Below, piece by piece: positions 53,084 to 64,000 of a stretch of DNA of 64,000 nt. Position 1 is the stretch's first letter, and each line of letters opens with the position of its first letter. Location of the stretch: positions 1 to 64,000 of the forward strand of contig NMRA01000694.1 in NCBI GenBank assembly GCA_002633005.1. Direction: 5' to 3'. Under the pieces are notes generated by a model. That model made no database searches, had not been told where the DNA came from, and was given only the letters and a program-made list of their open reading frames with translations. This DNA is from Phoronis australis (lineage: Eukaryota > Animalia > Phoronida). The position numbers were made by a program, and so were the translations under genes.

Positions 53084-53178
53084 CATAAGATTGACCTCTC
53101 AAAAGCACATCCTCCGTTTTCTTGCCCATCTCAAGTTCTTGGTTAACATCAGCACTTCCGTTACTGCATATCTCAGAC
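53084..53178 (-). CDS. MAGUK-like gene exon (SEICSNGSADVNQELEMGKKTEDVLLRGQSY)
   Basis: Acceptor tttcacttag, donor G|gtaggt. Phase 2 in and 1 out, consistent with its neighbours. Confidence 0.6.
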
Positions 53179-55079
53179 CTAAGTGAAATTACGTCAAGAG
53201 TCAAAACAATAATAAGAGCAACGTGGAGCATTGAAATGCATCCACAAATGCATGGCAAATGGTTTGTTTTTAAGGTACCGTAATTGGTTATTTGTGTCAT
53301 AAAAATGGTCACTAGACAAACAAAACTACCAGTATGTGGCGCCAGAGTAGTCAAAGTCGTCATCATCAACCGTCCTCTTTACACTGAGAACATATACGCC
53401 ACTTTTCAAAACCATCCTTAGAATGATTTGGTTGATAGAGAAGTAGATACCAAAAACAGACTCGAAAACAGCAAAAATGGCCACTAACTATCACAAAGTA
53501 CCTTGATTCCATCCGGAAACGGGAGGATAGCGTCATCTCTCCAATAAATTTTTTATGAAGATACAGAGATAAACGTAAAGCTAAAATTGCCACCAGGGGG
53601 CATACCAGTAGTCAGATGCATCCCAAAATCATCGTGGTCTGTTGTCAACATCATATAAACACACTTTTTAGATTTAGCAAAGATCCTGCAAACGGTTTAG
53701 GAGATACAGCCATGGGTGCAAAAAAAAGAAACTCCCACTAGAAGACACCAGTAGTCGAAGACATCGGGAAATCATCCTCAGCCGTCCACTTCATAGCAAA
53801 AACATACAAGCCAATTTTCACAATTATCCTGAAAGCGGTTTGGTTGATGAGGGGTGGACGCTAAGAAACAGACTCGAAAACAGTAAAAATAGCCACTAGG
53901 TGGCGCAAACTATGTAGAATTCATCTGAAACCAGAAAGATAGCATCACCTCACTAACAGAAGCCTGTACGCCAAATTTTATGAAATTACGTTCAGGACCT
54001 TTGAAGATAAGGAGATAAACGTAAAAAAATGCCACTAGGTGACACACTAGTTGTCAGATCTGTGCGAAAGTAGTCATTGTCCACATCATGTAAATGCACT
54101 TACTAAATTTAGTAAAGATGTTGCAAACGGTTTAGGAGATATAGCCATGGGCTCAAAAAAAAACTGCCACTAGGAGGTGCCACAGTAGTCAAAGTCGTCG
54201 GAAAATCATTGTCAATCGTCCTTTTCATAGTAAGAACATAGTTTACATACCAATTTTCACAATCATGCTTAAATCGGCTTGGTTGATACAGGGGTGGACG
54301 TCAAAAAACAGACTCGAAAACAGTACAAATGGCCACTAAGTGGCGCAAACTACGTCAAATCCATCCGAAAATGCGAGGATGCCGAAGATACTGAGATTAA
54401 AGCAAAAAGTAAAACTCCCTATAGGGGTCACACTGGTGGCCAGATACACACCAAACTCTTTGCCGTTCCCCTGTAATGGGTTTAGGGATACAGCCACCGA
54501 AACCAAATGGCCACAAAACGTACCAAAACAGGCAGACTCATTAAAAAATTAGAGCAAGATGTGCTACATCGTCTCACTAGGAATATACTCCAGAATTTTC
54601 ACAAATATCCTTCAGGCGGATAAACAAATGGATGCCGAAAAGAGACTTAAAATAATAAATATGACCACTAGGTGGCACAAAATACACCAAATCCAAATAC
54701 TGCTGTTCAAACAATGAACAAGTTTTACTTTCAATAACAAATTAAATTTTATATACAAAGTGTTTAAAATGGGAGGGATTGATTGTTGCCACAAACAGGC
54801 AACGGCTCTCAGTGACACACACATCTACATTCCCGAAGTCGACCACCTGCGAAGTTCAGGCGCAGTGTAGGTAGGTGCTTATAATCACAACTGGTATGAA
54901 GCATGCACAGTCGCATGGTTGGCACGAGATGCAGGGCGTAATGTTGTACGGCATGCTAGTCAGCAAACCACCTTTGATATTAAAACACTCTGAGCAAATC
55001 TTGAAAAATAAAAATTTTAGTCTTTTACATTTTCCAAGGAAGAATTTTCACACGATACTCAACAGAAAATGGGACCCAC

Positions 55080-55210
55080 CAAAGTGTGCCTGGAGGCATT
55101 AATTGCGATGGTCGAAGAAACACAACATTCAAGTCCATGCCGACTGCTTTGAGACGAGAGGAGAAGGTCACAACGTCTTGAACATCAACATCAGCAATGC
55201 AAAAGTAGTT
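55080..55210 (-). CDS. MAGUK-like GuK exon (NYFCIADVDVQDVVTFSSRLKAVGMDLNVVFLRPS)
   Basis: Parallels the MAGUK GuK segment HCILDV...RL......IAIFIRP. Acceptor aatttcag, donor G|gtgggt, phase 0/2. Confidence 0.7.
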
Positions 55211-55934
55211 CTGAAATTATATAACTGAGTAAACCTATTGTTTAGTTCACATATGTCATGGTGTTAATTCTTATCATCTATTCTAGTCAATATGACACAG
55301 AACAGATGTCCATAACTTAAAATGGAATTAAGACACTTGGTCATCCATAACTAAAGCCATACTCAACAAGATGCTCAGTAGATGTACATTGCTAAAGTCC
55401 GAGTAAATAACACATTCAGCAGATGACCATTTACTAAACTTTAGTCAGGAAGACACTGAGCAGGAGTCCATTACAACAAGACACTCGGGCAATTGTCCAT
55501 TGCTACAGTGTATCCATGCACAGAGGTCACAACTTCTTTGCTCATGAATTTAAACAAAATTGTTGGTAAATAATACAATGAAGAGAAAACGCTACTGTAC
55601 CCAATACATGGAAAAACTGAAGCACTGACCATCATGAAGTCAATAATGTAATCCATCAACTTTCATGAGTATATCAGATAATACTTACTCGAACAGGCTA
55701 CAAGTACTTACAGTGCACATTTAACTCCATGTAACTTACTGATTTTAATATTCATTGATGCACACATTGACATCTGAAATCTATCCTTCATGATGCCAAC
55801 AAATTTTTGATGTTCTAGAAATTGCAGTCATGAACAAGGTCAAAAATATTATTCGGAGTTGAGTATATTAACCCAGCTAAATAATGTTGAACAGCAATGT
55901 ACAGAGACTGCAGCTGCATTTTTTCATAGTTTAC

Positions 55935-56062
55935 CAAAGCATTCTTTTTCACAGATTCTGTTGCTAAGACGCTGAAGTTAGACACTCCACATTTCACGCA
56001 GTGTAGAATTTCATTCTTCAAGATCCAATGCACAACTTCCTGCTCAGAACATATTCGGTTTT
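55935..56062 (-). CDS. MAGUK-like GuK exon (ENRICSEQEVVHWILKNEILHCVKCGVSNFSVLATESVKKNAL)
   Basis: Acceptor ttttatttcag, donor TTG|gtaaac, phase 1/0. Aligns by eye with the GuK FIE...YGTSVQSVREVA segment. Confidence 0.65.
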
Positions 56063-56758
56063 CTGAAATAAAACAAAAAAATTAACTCACAAAACACGAA
56101 AATCGAAATAAAAAAAGTTAACCCACTAAAAACAAATGGGACGAAAGAAACTCCAGATTCAAATAATGAAACTAATTCATCAGATTCTAATGATTCAGAA
56201 ACTTTTACACTCCACATGACTGATGCACTTTTAAAAAGTTACCGCATTTAAGTTTTTTTTTCAAAATGATTCACATTTAATTTATTTTACAATCACATTC
56301 ATTGCAATCGTTCTAACACAGCAACAAGTGGTCACTGACAGGGGCGCCGGATTTTGGGAACCAATTCGATGTTCTCAAAATAAGGGATCCCCTTTGCCCA
56401 CAATGGAATACAATAAAAAACAACCCACTTGGTGCTGTAAGCTTCACAGCATACTTAGCGCTAACTCATCATACTTTCAGATGCCTGGATGAATCCTTGT
56501 CCATATTTTCATACAGGAATTTTCAGAAGCAATCACCAATTATGACAACTATTGAATTGTTCAAAAACTGAAACATTACGTTTTTAAGTCTTTGCACAGC
56601 CACCACTGGTCGTAAGTTACGGCTTTCAGAGTTGTAAGTATTACATTTGTCAGCAGCAAACGTCAAATTTTAAGAAAATACTGAGAAAGTTCAACCAATA
56701 ATTAATGATTTCAAGCTGTGAGTCTCATGCAACTAAATGTTAATAACAAAGGGCTCAC

Positions 56759-56854
56759 CCAGCGTACACTCCAGAAAGTCATGCTTCAACCGGAGCTCCT
56801 GCTGTACTGTGTACCTTAGCTGACAAGGTCCGTAGATAACAAGAAGCTTCTTGT
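56759..56854 (-). CDS. MAGUK-like GuK start exon (YKKLLVIYGPCQLRYTVQQELRLKHDFLECTL)
   Basis: Equivalent of RPVIILGP. Acceptor tttaatgcag, donor G|gtgagc, phase 1/1. Confidence 0.7.
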
Positions 56855-57308
56855 CTGCATTAAATCAATGTAGTAAACATAGCAGGGGATTCCACCACAC
56901 AAGACACTGGAGAGAATGGTCACGTGCTTCATTTGTAATGCATGGAACTATCTGGCGAAGACTTGCGTGAACACATATCTCTCGAAAGAACCTTACTCTA
57001 TGGAATGCAGCCCAGATACACATCTACACATCTACACATGAATCTCATAATGTGAACTTTGTAGTCAGTGAATGAATCTGATATTCAGTTCGAAGGCAAA
57101 AAGTCTATGAAAAGGGTCACAATCGGGATGGCAGCATCAACCTTCATCAGAATGACTCATCTGAATACTCACGATGAGGCATGACAAGTTGTTTATTTAA
57201 TATATATTACGGGTCAAGGGTCAAATGGCATAATTGACACCAAGAAAGGTCCGAGTCACAAACCACACCATAAACAAATTTTAGAACTACAGGATGGTAC
57301 AAACTCAC

Positions 57309-57353
57309 ATTGATGCAGTCTTTGGTATGGAACTTCCCTGATGCTCCCCTCAC
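57309..57353 (-). CDS. MAGUK-like exon (GEGSIREVPYQRLHQ)
   Basis: Equivalent of the (S/P)YE.V strand preceding GuK. Acceptor gctttacag, donor T|gtgagt, phase 1/1. Confidence 0.65.
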
Positions 57354-58007
57354 CTGTAAAGCAATAATATTGATTTTAATGATAATCATGACGCAAGCCA
57401 AAGAAATGATGTCATCTTCATTACTATTATGGTGTTACAATGTCTGTCTGTTAGTATCTCTCTGCTGGAAAAACTTTCCACAGCGCAATACGTGGGAGTG
57501 GTCACTTCACTAGAAAATACTGTAACTTTTAGTGGGCTAAGTTTTATGCTTCAATAATGAAATTTGAAGATTTTCTGTAATTAAGACAGACATGCACAAA
57601 TTAATTTGAAAACACATCGAAGCAAAATCAACCCAATCATAAGTAAAGCCAGGCGACTGTGTGGTCTGCACTTTTAATAACAAACCAGCACTGAAAGATT
57701 TTAAATCAAAGACAATAAATGGATGTTTCTTCTAACATTAGGAAACCTGTAGAATTTGATCACCTTATACTAATCTGCAACAAATAGTGTCATGTGACTA
57801 AGTCCTTTTAGAAGTCTTTACTAGCAAACTAGAAACAAATAGCCAAATAAAACACCAATAACGACACCCAAACTTTATTTGATAATACTAGTCAAGATAA
57901 AATCTCAAAAAAACGAATTTAATTTTTTTTAAATAAAGTTAACTTTCTTTCATTTTATGAAACTTTTGAGTCCTATCTTTGATCGCCAAAGTGGAACATT
58001 AAAACAA

Positions 58008-59276
58008 ACTAGAAAGATTATTGTCACAGCGTGACAATAACGGACTCTGCGCGTGCGTGTTACTGGAATAATTATGGGAAGTTACTGACATCAACCCGTT
58101 TACCAATATGAAGAGGAATTCTTTAAACTTGTAGGAGAAATTACATATTAATTTTTGATGACCTTTCCACTAATTGACCTCTTCCGGTGCAATATGAGCC
58201 CCGATGAGGGAGTAATTGTTAATTGGATTAAAAGTGTGCTTAATGCTAATAATCACAGATGTTTTACTTTAAGCACTTCAGAATAGAAGATGAATGAAGT
58301 GGTCAAACTTTCAGAAGAAAAATGCACCTCCTAATGACCCTATGGGTGCACCAAATGACCTGAAAACTTAGAATTCAAACTCAATCGCACTAAGTAAACA
58401 TATACGTAATTCTGAACTCTCTAGCTCAAAATTTTAGTTTGCACTCAATGACCTTTTACCTATTTTTCTGATTGGTTAGGCTTATTGCGAAGTAAAGTAG
58501 GGTATTCACTTGGCATGTTGACTTACACCAGTGTGCTGAAATTCAAAAGAATTCCTTGAAAAACGTAAGAGATATAACATTTTGAACGTTACATGACCTT
58601 CGCACTAATTGACCTTATCCGGTGCATTTTAAGCATCTTTAGGAGAATTATTGCAAAGCCCATGGAAAATGTGTTTAACGCTGAGAATCACAGTTGTCTA
58701 ACGGTTGACACATCACAATAATTGCTGATTGAAAAGGTCAAATTTTCAGAAGAAAAATGCACCTAATGACCCCATGTTTGCACTAAATGACCTGAAACTT
58801 GGGATTCCGATTTGATTTACCTGTGGCAATCAGACCTGTCAATTTCAAGTGTCTAGCTCAAAATTTTAGTTTGCACCTAATGACCTTTGACCTATTTCAC
58901 CTGATTGGATGACCCGATTACTTAGAAAAGCAATTTTTTAAATTGTCATGTTGACTTATACCTGTGCACCGAATTTGAAAAAGATAGCTTAAAAACTGAA
59001 GGAGGAGTAGCATTTTGAAAATTATATGACCTTTGCACCAAACGATCTCTTCCGGTGCAATATGGAATATGATTATGTAACCAATCAAAATTTATGTACT
59101 GTCAAAAGTCATATGCTGAATTTAAAGACCGTACCTGCACCCATTTTGGAGTTATTAAGCCTCAAATTTGGTCGGAAGAAGAATAAGAATAAGAAGAATA
59201 AGAATAAGAATAAGAAGAATAAAATTGAAGAAAATCCAGGAACAACAGTACTCTGCGCTTACACGCGCAGAGTAAC
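58008..59276 (+). mobile_element. Helentron-associated (HINE-like) element, copy 2
   Basis: Reverse complement of 9806-11068: ttattgtcac-agc-gtgacaataa hairpin, (AAGAAT)n, and an actctgcgc...gcgcagagt terminal stem. Confidence 0.7.
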
Positions 59277-59455
59277 TATCTAACAGCGATCTGGAAAACA
59301 GTGCATAAAACAGACTGTATTGTGTACCTTTCATAGATCCTATCGGTCATTTGGGAGATAACTTCACCAGCTTTCGATACTATTCTCAGGTGCTGCACAA
59401 CCTTATGCAATAAGTGACGAGGATATGCAACTTTAACTAGAGTTACTTAACTTAC

Positions 59456-59532
59456 CAAAAGGCATGTCCAAGGTACTTTTGCCTAACAGTTTAAGTGGAG
59501 ACGTGGTGCACTTTGACAATATTTCAGAAGCC
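59456..59532 (-). CDS. MAGUK-like exon (RASEILSKCTTSPLKLLGKSTLDMPF), HOOK region
   Basis: Acceptor ttattttcccag, donor G|gtaagt, phase 2/1. Confidence 0.65.
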
Positions 59533-59875
59533 CTGGGAAAATAAATTGAATGTCAATTTTGTAGTGGCGTAAAGACAATATACATATATCGGAACAACAT
59601 TTAACACTCAGACTAGTTTGTGAAACTTTGATTAACGTTGCTAAAATTATTCGGACATCAACTGAATCTGACGTTGGGACAGTATGGAACATCCTTCAGC
59701 ACAGATGTTTACACACAGATTGTATTAAAACTGAACCAGTCCAGTAACATTGCCTAGAAACACTAATGATCTGCTAAATTCAAAAGTACTATGTTTGAAA
59801 ATAATTGTCACATGTTATAGTAAGTACGATACAGATGAAGTCGGAGAAAAGCAGCTAATCTGCAATAAAACGAAC

Positions 59876-60090
59876 CTGTTTTCATTAGGAATATGGCCAA
59901 ACTGATCAGCATCACCATTTTCTTGTCGATCTTGCAAGCAAACCAGTCATACACTACGTTTCCATAGCGATCAAGCGCAGGCTTGCCTGTTCTGTCACTC
60001 CTTTCTACAGCTTTGTGTAATGCCATCAGAATGTCTCCCTTATGTATATTTAGATAACCCGGAAGATGGCTATCTATCTCCATATTGGAC
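59876..60090 (-). CDS. MAGUK-type SH3 exon with an apparent 1-nt frameshift
   Basis: SNMEIDSHLPGYLNIHKGDIL...YDWFACKIDKK in one frame, then NGDADQFGHIPNENR in the -1 frame (compare GxIP of CARMA/DLG5/ZO SH3 domains). Acceptor gtttccatag, donor AG|gttcgt. Confidence 0.7.
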
Positions 60091-60415
60091 CTATGGAAAC
60101 AGACAACAATTCAAAGGACAGTGTGAAATCTCATCAAACACAGTGCAGTGCTATGAGCAAGAGTTCTAAGCATAAATCTAATCTATGACCTGAACATGTC
60201 AGTGGATAGTAATCACTTCTAATCTGAAGAAGGAACTGCTTAAGATCTAAATTTTTATGGAAAATAGATCAATATTGTTTGAAAGATGATCCTTTGCTTA
60301 GTCTTTACTTATTAACAAAAATAATTAGTCAGGAAATGAGGCAAAAATAAATTGAATATCATTTGTGCAGCACAATCTTAATGCAACGTTCTTCTGCTAA
60401 TGTGGCTTAACTTAC

Positions 60416-60494
60416 GTCTTGTAAGTCGGTATAAAATAGGCCAAGATTGATGGTTTTGTTTTTGCTGACAGAGGAGTATGACTGCCATGAACAG
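60416..60494 (-). CDS. Candidate upstream exon of the MAGUK-like gene (VHGSHTPLSAKTKPSILAYFIPTYK)
   Basis: Acceptor ttttaactttctcag, donor AC|gtaagt, phase 2 out matching the SH3 exon. No motif support. Confidence 0.4.
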
Positions 60495-60534
60495 CTGAGA
60501 AAGTTAAAACTGAATTCTTCGGATCAATCCTCAT

Positions 60535-62430
60535 TATAAAAATGTCGTGGAGCGCGTGAGCAAAACACTTCTGAGTTAGACAACCATTTCTAAAAAAGCA
60601 TTATTATTATATAAACAATAATACACCAAAACTTTGCGTCTGACTGCACATGCAGGAACTATACCGTGTCATTCAAGCTGTAAGCCTATCGTTTACGATA
60701 GTTTCATCGATGACAGAAACTAGCTGTTACTCTGCGTAACCACGTCATAAACAGCAATAATAAAAACACATTTAACTAAAATAATTTACACCTTCTCACA
60801 AGGCACGCTATCAAGGTTGGAAATCACATGAGGTGCTATGAACATTAAATCATTTGATTATTGCTCCCTCTGGTGATCCATCAGAAAGGTATTTTTCGAC
60901 AACGGCTCCCTATAACAGATTATTTTGTACAATGTTCAGGAGTATATCGTCTACTGTTCTTATATCAACCGAGCTTAAATTTATGGCATCTGTAAACAAT
61001 GCATATTAAACTCTAATACGATCAAATGAACATGATATTAAGTGGTTTTAAAAGAAACTGGACAACATGAAAATTCAACAAAGTTTCGGTGCCCAAAACG
61101 GTGATAAAATTTTTACTATTTCTTTACACAACATGTTTCGATTTCAGCAAATTCTCGACAAAATCTCGATAGATGTAGTTCCATGTACTTTGTCCACATT
61201 GCGACAACTGAGCATTGCGAGTCCATTCACAATGAATGTGTAATTATTGGCCTGGTCACATTAAACAGTCTGGAAAAAATATCCAGGTTTGGCAGAGTCT
61301 GATAGAATTCTATCGAAGTTTGTCAAGTCTATTTTGAAAGCCTGTGTACATATACCATCAATATGTCTTCCAAATCATCAATAAATTTAACGAGGACGAA
61401 AAGCAACCTGACACACGCACTAATTCCAGCAGATTCTAACTGTACTCAGTATTTCAGGGATAGTTTCACACAGAGGGCGGGATTTCACTTTCCATTTGAC
61501 CGTACCTGGTTACGAATGAACATTCTAAGTTCACAGAACTATGGGATCGAGACTGCTCAATTCATTTGTGCCATATTTTTTGATTTCCCCTTTATCTCTT
61601 CAACAAATCTATACCGTAGTTTCGAAACTTGGAAATAGGCACAAAAATAATGTAGTTTTAATGGCATGCTTGCATTAAAAGTTGTATGTCCAGAATTTTA
61701 AAAAACCTGGTAATTTACGACACCAGAAAAGTAAAGTGTGCTTGTTATATGCCAGACCAACAGGGTGAACAAGTGTATTTGTCATGGTTTCGGGTTTTCT
61801 TGAAAAAATTGTATTTTGCAAATTCATACAGTTGATGGGCTCAGAGAAGCTATTAGTCAAAAATGGAATAACAAGAGACAAATTGGCCTTCTGAACACCT
61901 TTTGGAAAATTATAATTACTTGCAGACAAAAAGGGCAGAAAACGTACTGTCAGTAACAGCTTAATCCACACTTCAAAAGTATAATGGTGAGAAAAGGCCT
62001 ATTTTCTGGACATGACATGAACAATTCATGATTTCAATTAAAACAAAATAAATTTAAATAAAAAATAGCTTACATTAAAAAAGACTGTCGCGCAAAATCA
62101 TCCATTCGAACGAATATTTGCTAACCGTCATCTAAATGCCTTGTAAATCACAGAAACGGAATCTTCGACTTTTGTCCTTGCCTCTTGAAGTGGAAAATAA
62201 AAAGGTAAATAAAAAACTTATCTGCAGTTCGACAAAGAAGCAAATGCTTCAAATGAACTATTGTGTTTTCATAGCGAGTCTTTCAAGCCCAGTGACCTAC
62301 CATAAGATTGACCACTAAAAGCACATCCTTTGTTTTCTTGCCCGCCTCAAGTTCTTGGTTAACATCAGCACTTCCGTTACAGCATATCTCAGACCTACGT
62401 GAAATTACGTCATAAGTCAAAACAATAAAA
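60535..62430 (+). repeat. ~1.9-kb direct segmental duplicate of 51290..53215, including a copy of a MAGUK-like exon
   Basis: Collinear similarity from aaaaatg.cgtggagcgc.tgagcaaaacac to gtcaaaacaataa, with many substitutions and indels. Confidence 0.9.
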
Positions 62431-64000
62431 ATGAATTTCCCTCAAAAATCTATTCCAGGATTTACACACATTGTAGACAATGCTAGCGTTTTCACACCGA
62501 TTGAGTTACTTTCCACAATTAAAGAGTCAGAGACTGTAACGGTACTACATTACTAAAGGACTCTGTACGATGACTGGTAAGAAAAATAAAACATCATTTT
62601 CAAGTATAGAATTCGTAAGACTGTAGCAAAGAAGAAAAAAGTTTGTAGCCTGAAATCATCTCAGAATTTCTTTGTCAAAGGAATCCCCTTACAACATGTG
62701 CCTAAAACACATTCTTTTGTTGGTTTCAACTGTTCAGGTGATCAATTTTTGTGTTAAAAGGAATGTTGTCTACTTTCACAAGCAGCGATAAAAAGTATAA
62801 TACGTATTCATGCATTCAACCAAACAGCAACCAGAGCAGGGCAAACCTTTGAAAACCGGTGACAACTGAGTCGCAAAACCTATGATTTTATGGGTGTTCA
62901 TCAGCATCGTGTAAGATATAAAAATTACATTAATTAACTCAAAGCTAAAATCGGAATGCCGCTGTTTCTTCCCAATCATACACCTCTATGTAAGGATCCA
63001 TCAAAGCCTCGACCAAGCCAATAATAAACGAGACAATTTCTAGTCAATAGAAATGCCAACAGGGAATGCTAGCCTACCGAAAATCTACTGGTACAAGCGC
63101 ATTTCCGCTATATCATTCTGGATTAGGGGCCTGTAAATTTGAAATTTCTGGTCAAAAGTAAAACCGCCAACAGATGATTCCACGGTAGTTAAATTCGTGT
63201 GAAAGTTAACTGATGCTGGTGCCTTCATGCCAGATAACTCTGCCAAATATCATTAGCATCTGTAAGTCGCACCAATGCAAAAAACAAAATTGCCACTAGG
63301 TGCCACCATGATAGCCCGATCCATTCGGAAATTTACGTTAGTCATTAGTCATGTGCTATTCAGAACGAGACAACATTCAAGAGACTTCAAGTGATTTGGC
63401 AGATAGAGGTGGACGCCAAAAACAGACCCCAATGTAATAAAAAGACCACAATTCGAATATCTCCACTTCACTTCAAAATAGGAAGGCGTCACCTTAATAT
63501 GAACCTATTGGAAAAGTATTATGAACATGTGTCAAAAATCTCTGACCAGATACAGCGTAAAGAGTAAAACTGTTAGGCACAGCGGTAGTCAGATGGCTTC
63601 CACATTCATTGTTCATCCCTTGGTATGTTTATAACAATTCATTAGCCAAATATCATAAAGACCATGTGCAGTTTTAAAGAGATACAGCCATAGAGACAAA
63701 TTGCCACATGGGAGCACTAAAAGAGATAGACCCCCCATGCAAATCTACACTCAATGAGGCACGTTTTCTCAATAGGAATATATTCCCCAATGTTAAAAAA
63801 GTTCTTTAAGCAGTCAGAAAAATGGATGCCAAAAACAGACTAAAACTAATTTAAAACGACCACTACATTTAGGTAACACGGAATACTTCAAATTCGCTTA
63901 ATGATCGGAAGGTTTTTGACGTCTACATAATAGAAACCTATATGTTGAATTTCATGAAATCCGTCACAGAACACCAATGATACGGCCGCTATGGGGCACA

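Noticed and set aside
54853-55000. Cys-rich - strand frame as the next MAGUK-like exon
   Set aside because: The stronger acceptors create a TGA with the phase-2 donor at 55080, and the exon at 53178-53084 fits phase and domain position better.

Overview
This is repeat-rich, AT-rich animal genomic DNA (probably an invertebrate; inferred) from a draft assembly with five N-gaps. The main + strand gene can be spliced by hand, with consistent intron phases, into an ~1,420-aa protein: join(<18099..21394,21874..21947,28744..28792,30990..31199,38378..38682,43503..43841). Its architecture is LRR array, Roc GTPase and COR (an MFHAS1-like ROCO protein) fused to a C-terminal FAM111-like trypsin-fold serine protease with an intact His/Asp/Ser triad. 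The LRR region contains 5.5 near-identical 135-bp units whose differences cluster at ligand-facing positions, which suggests a variable sensor-switch-protease receptor. A convergent - strand gene encodes a divergent MAGUK-type SH3-GuK module (exons between 50790 and 60494). It has a 1-nt frameshift in the SH3 exon and a duplicated, frameshifted copy of its penultimate exon. The rest is DNA transposons (Sola3, hAT, pogo-like, Kolobok, Harbinger, Helentron-like), a 5'-truncated RNase H LINE and several intronic satellites. All gene models are manual and have no transcript support.
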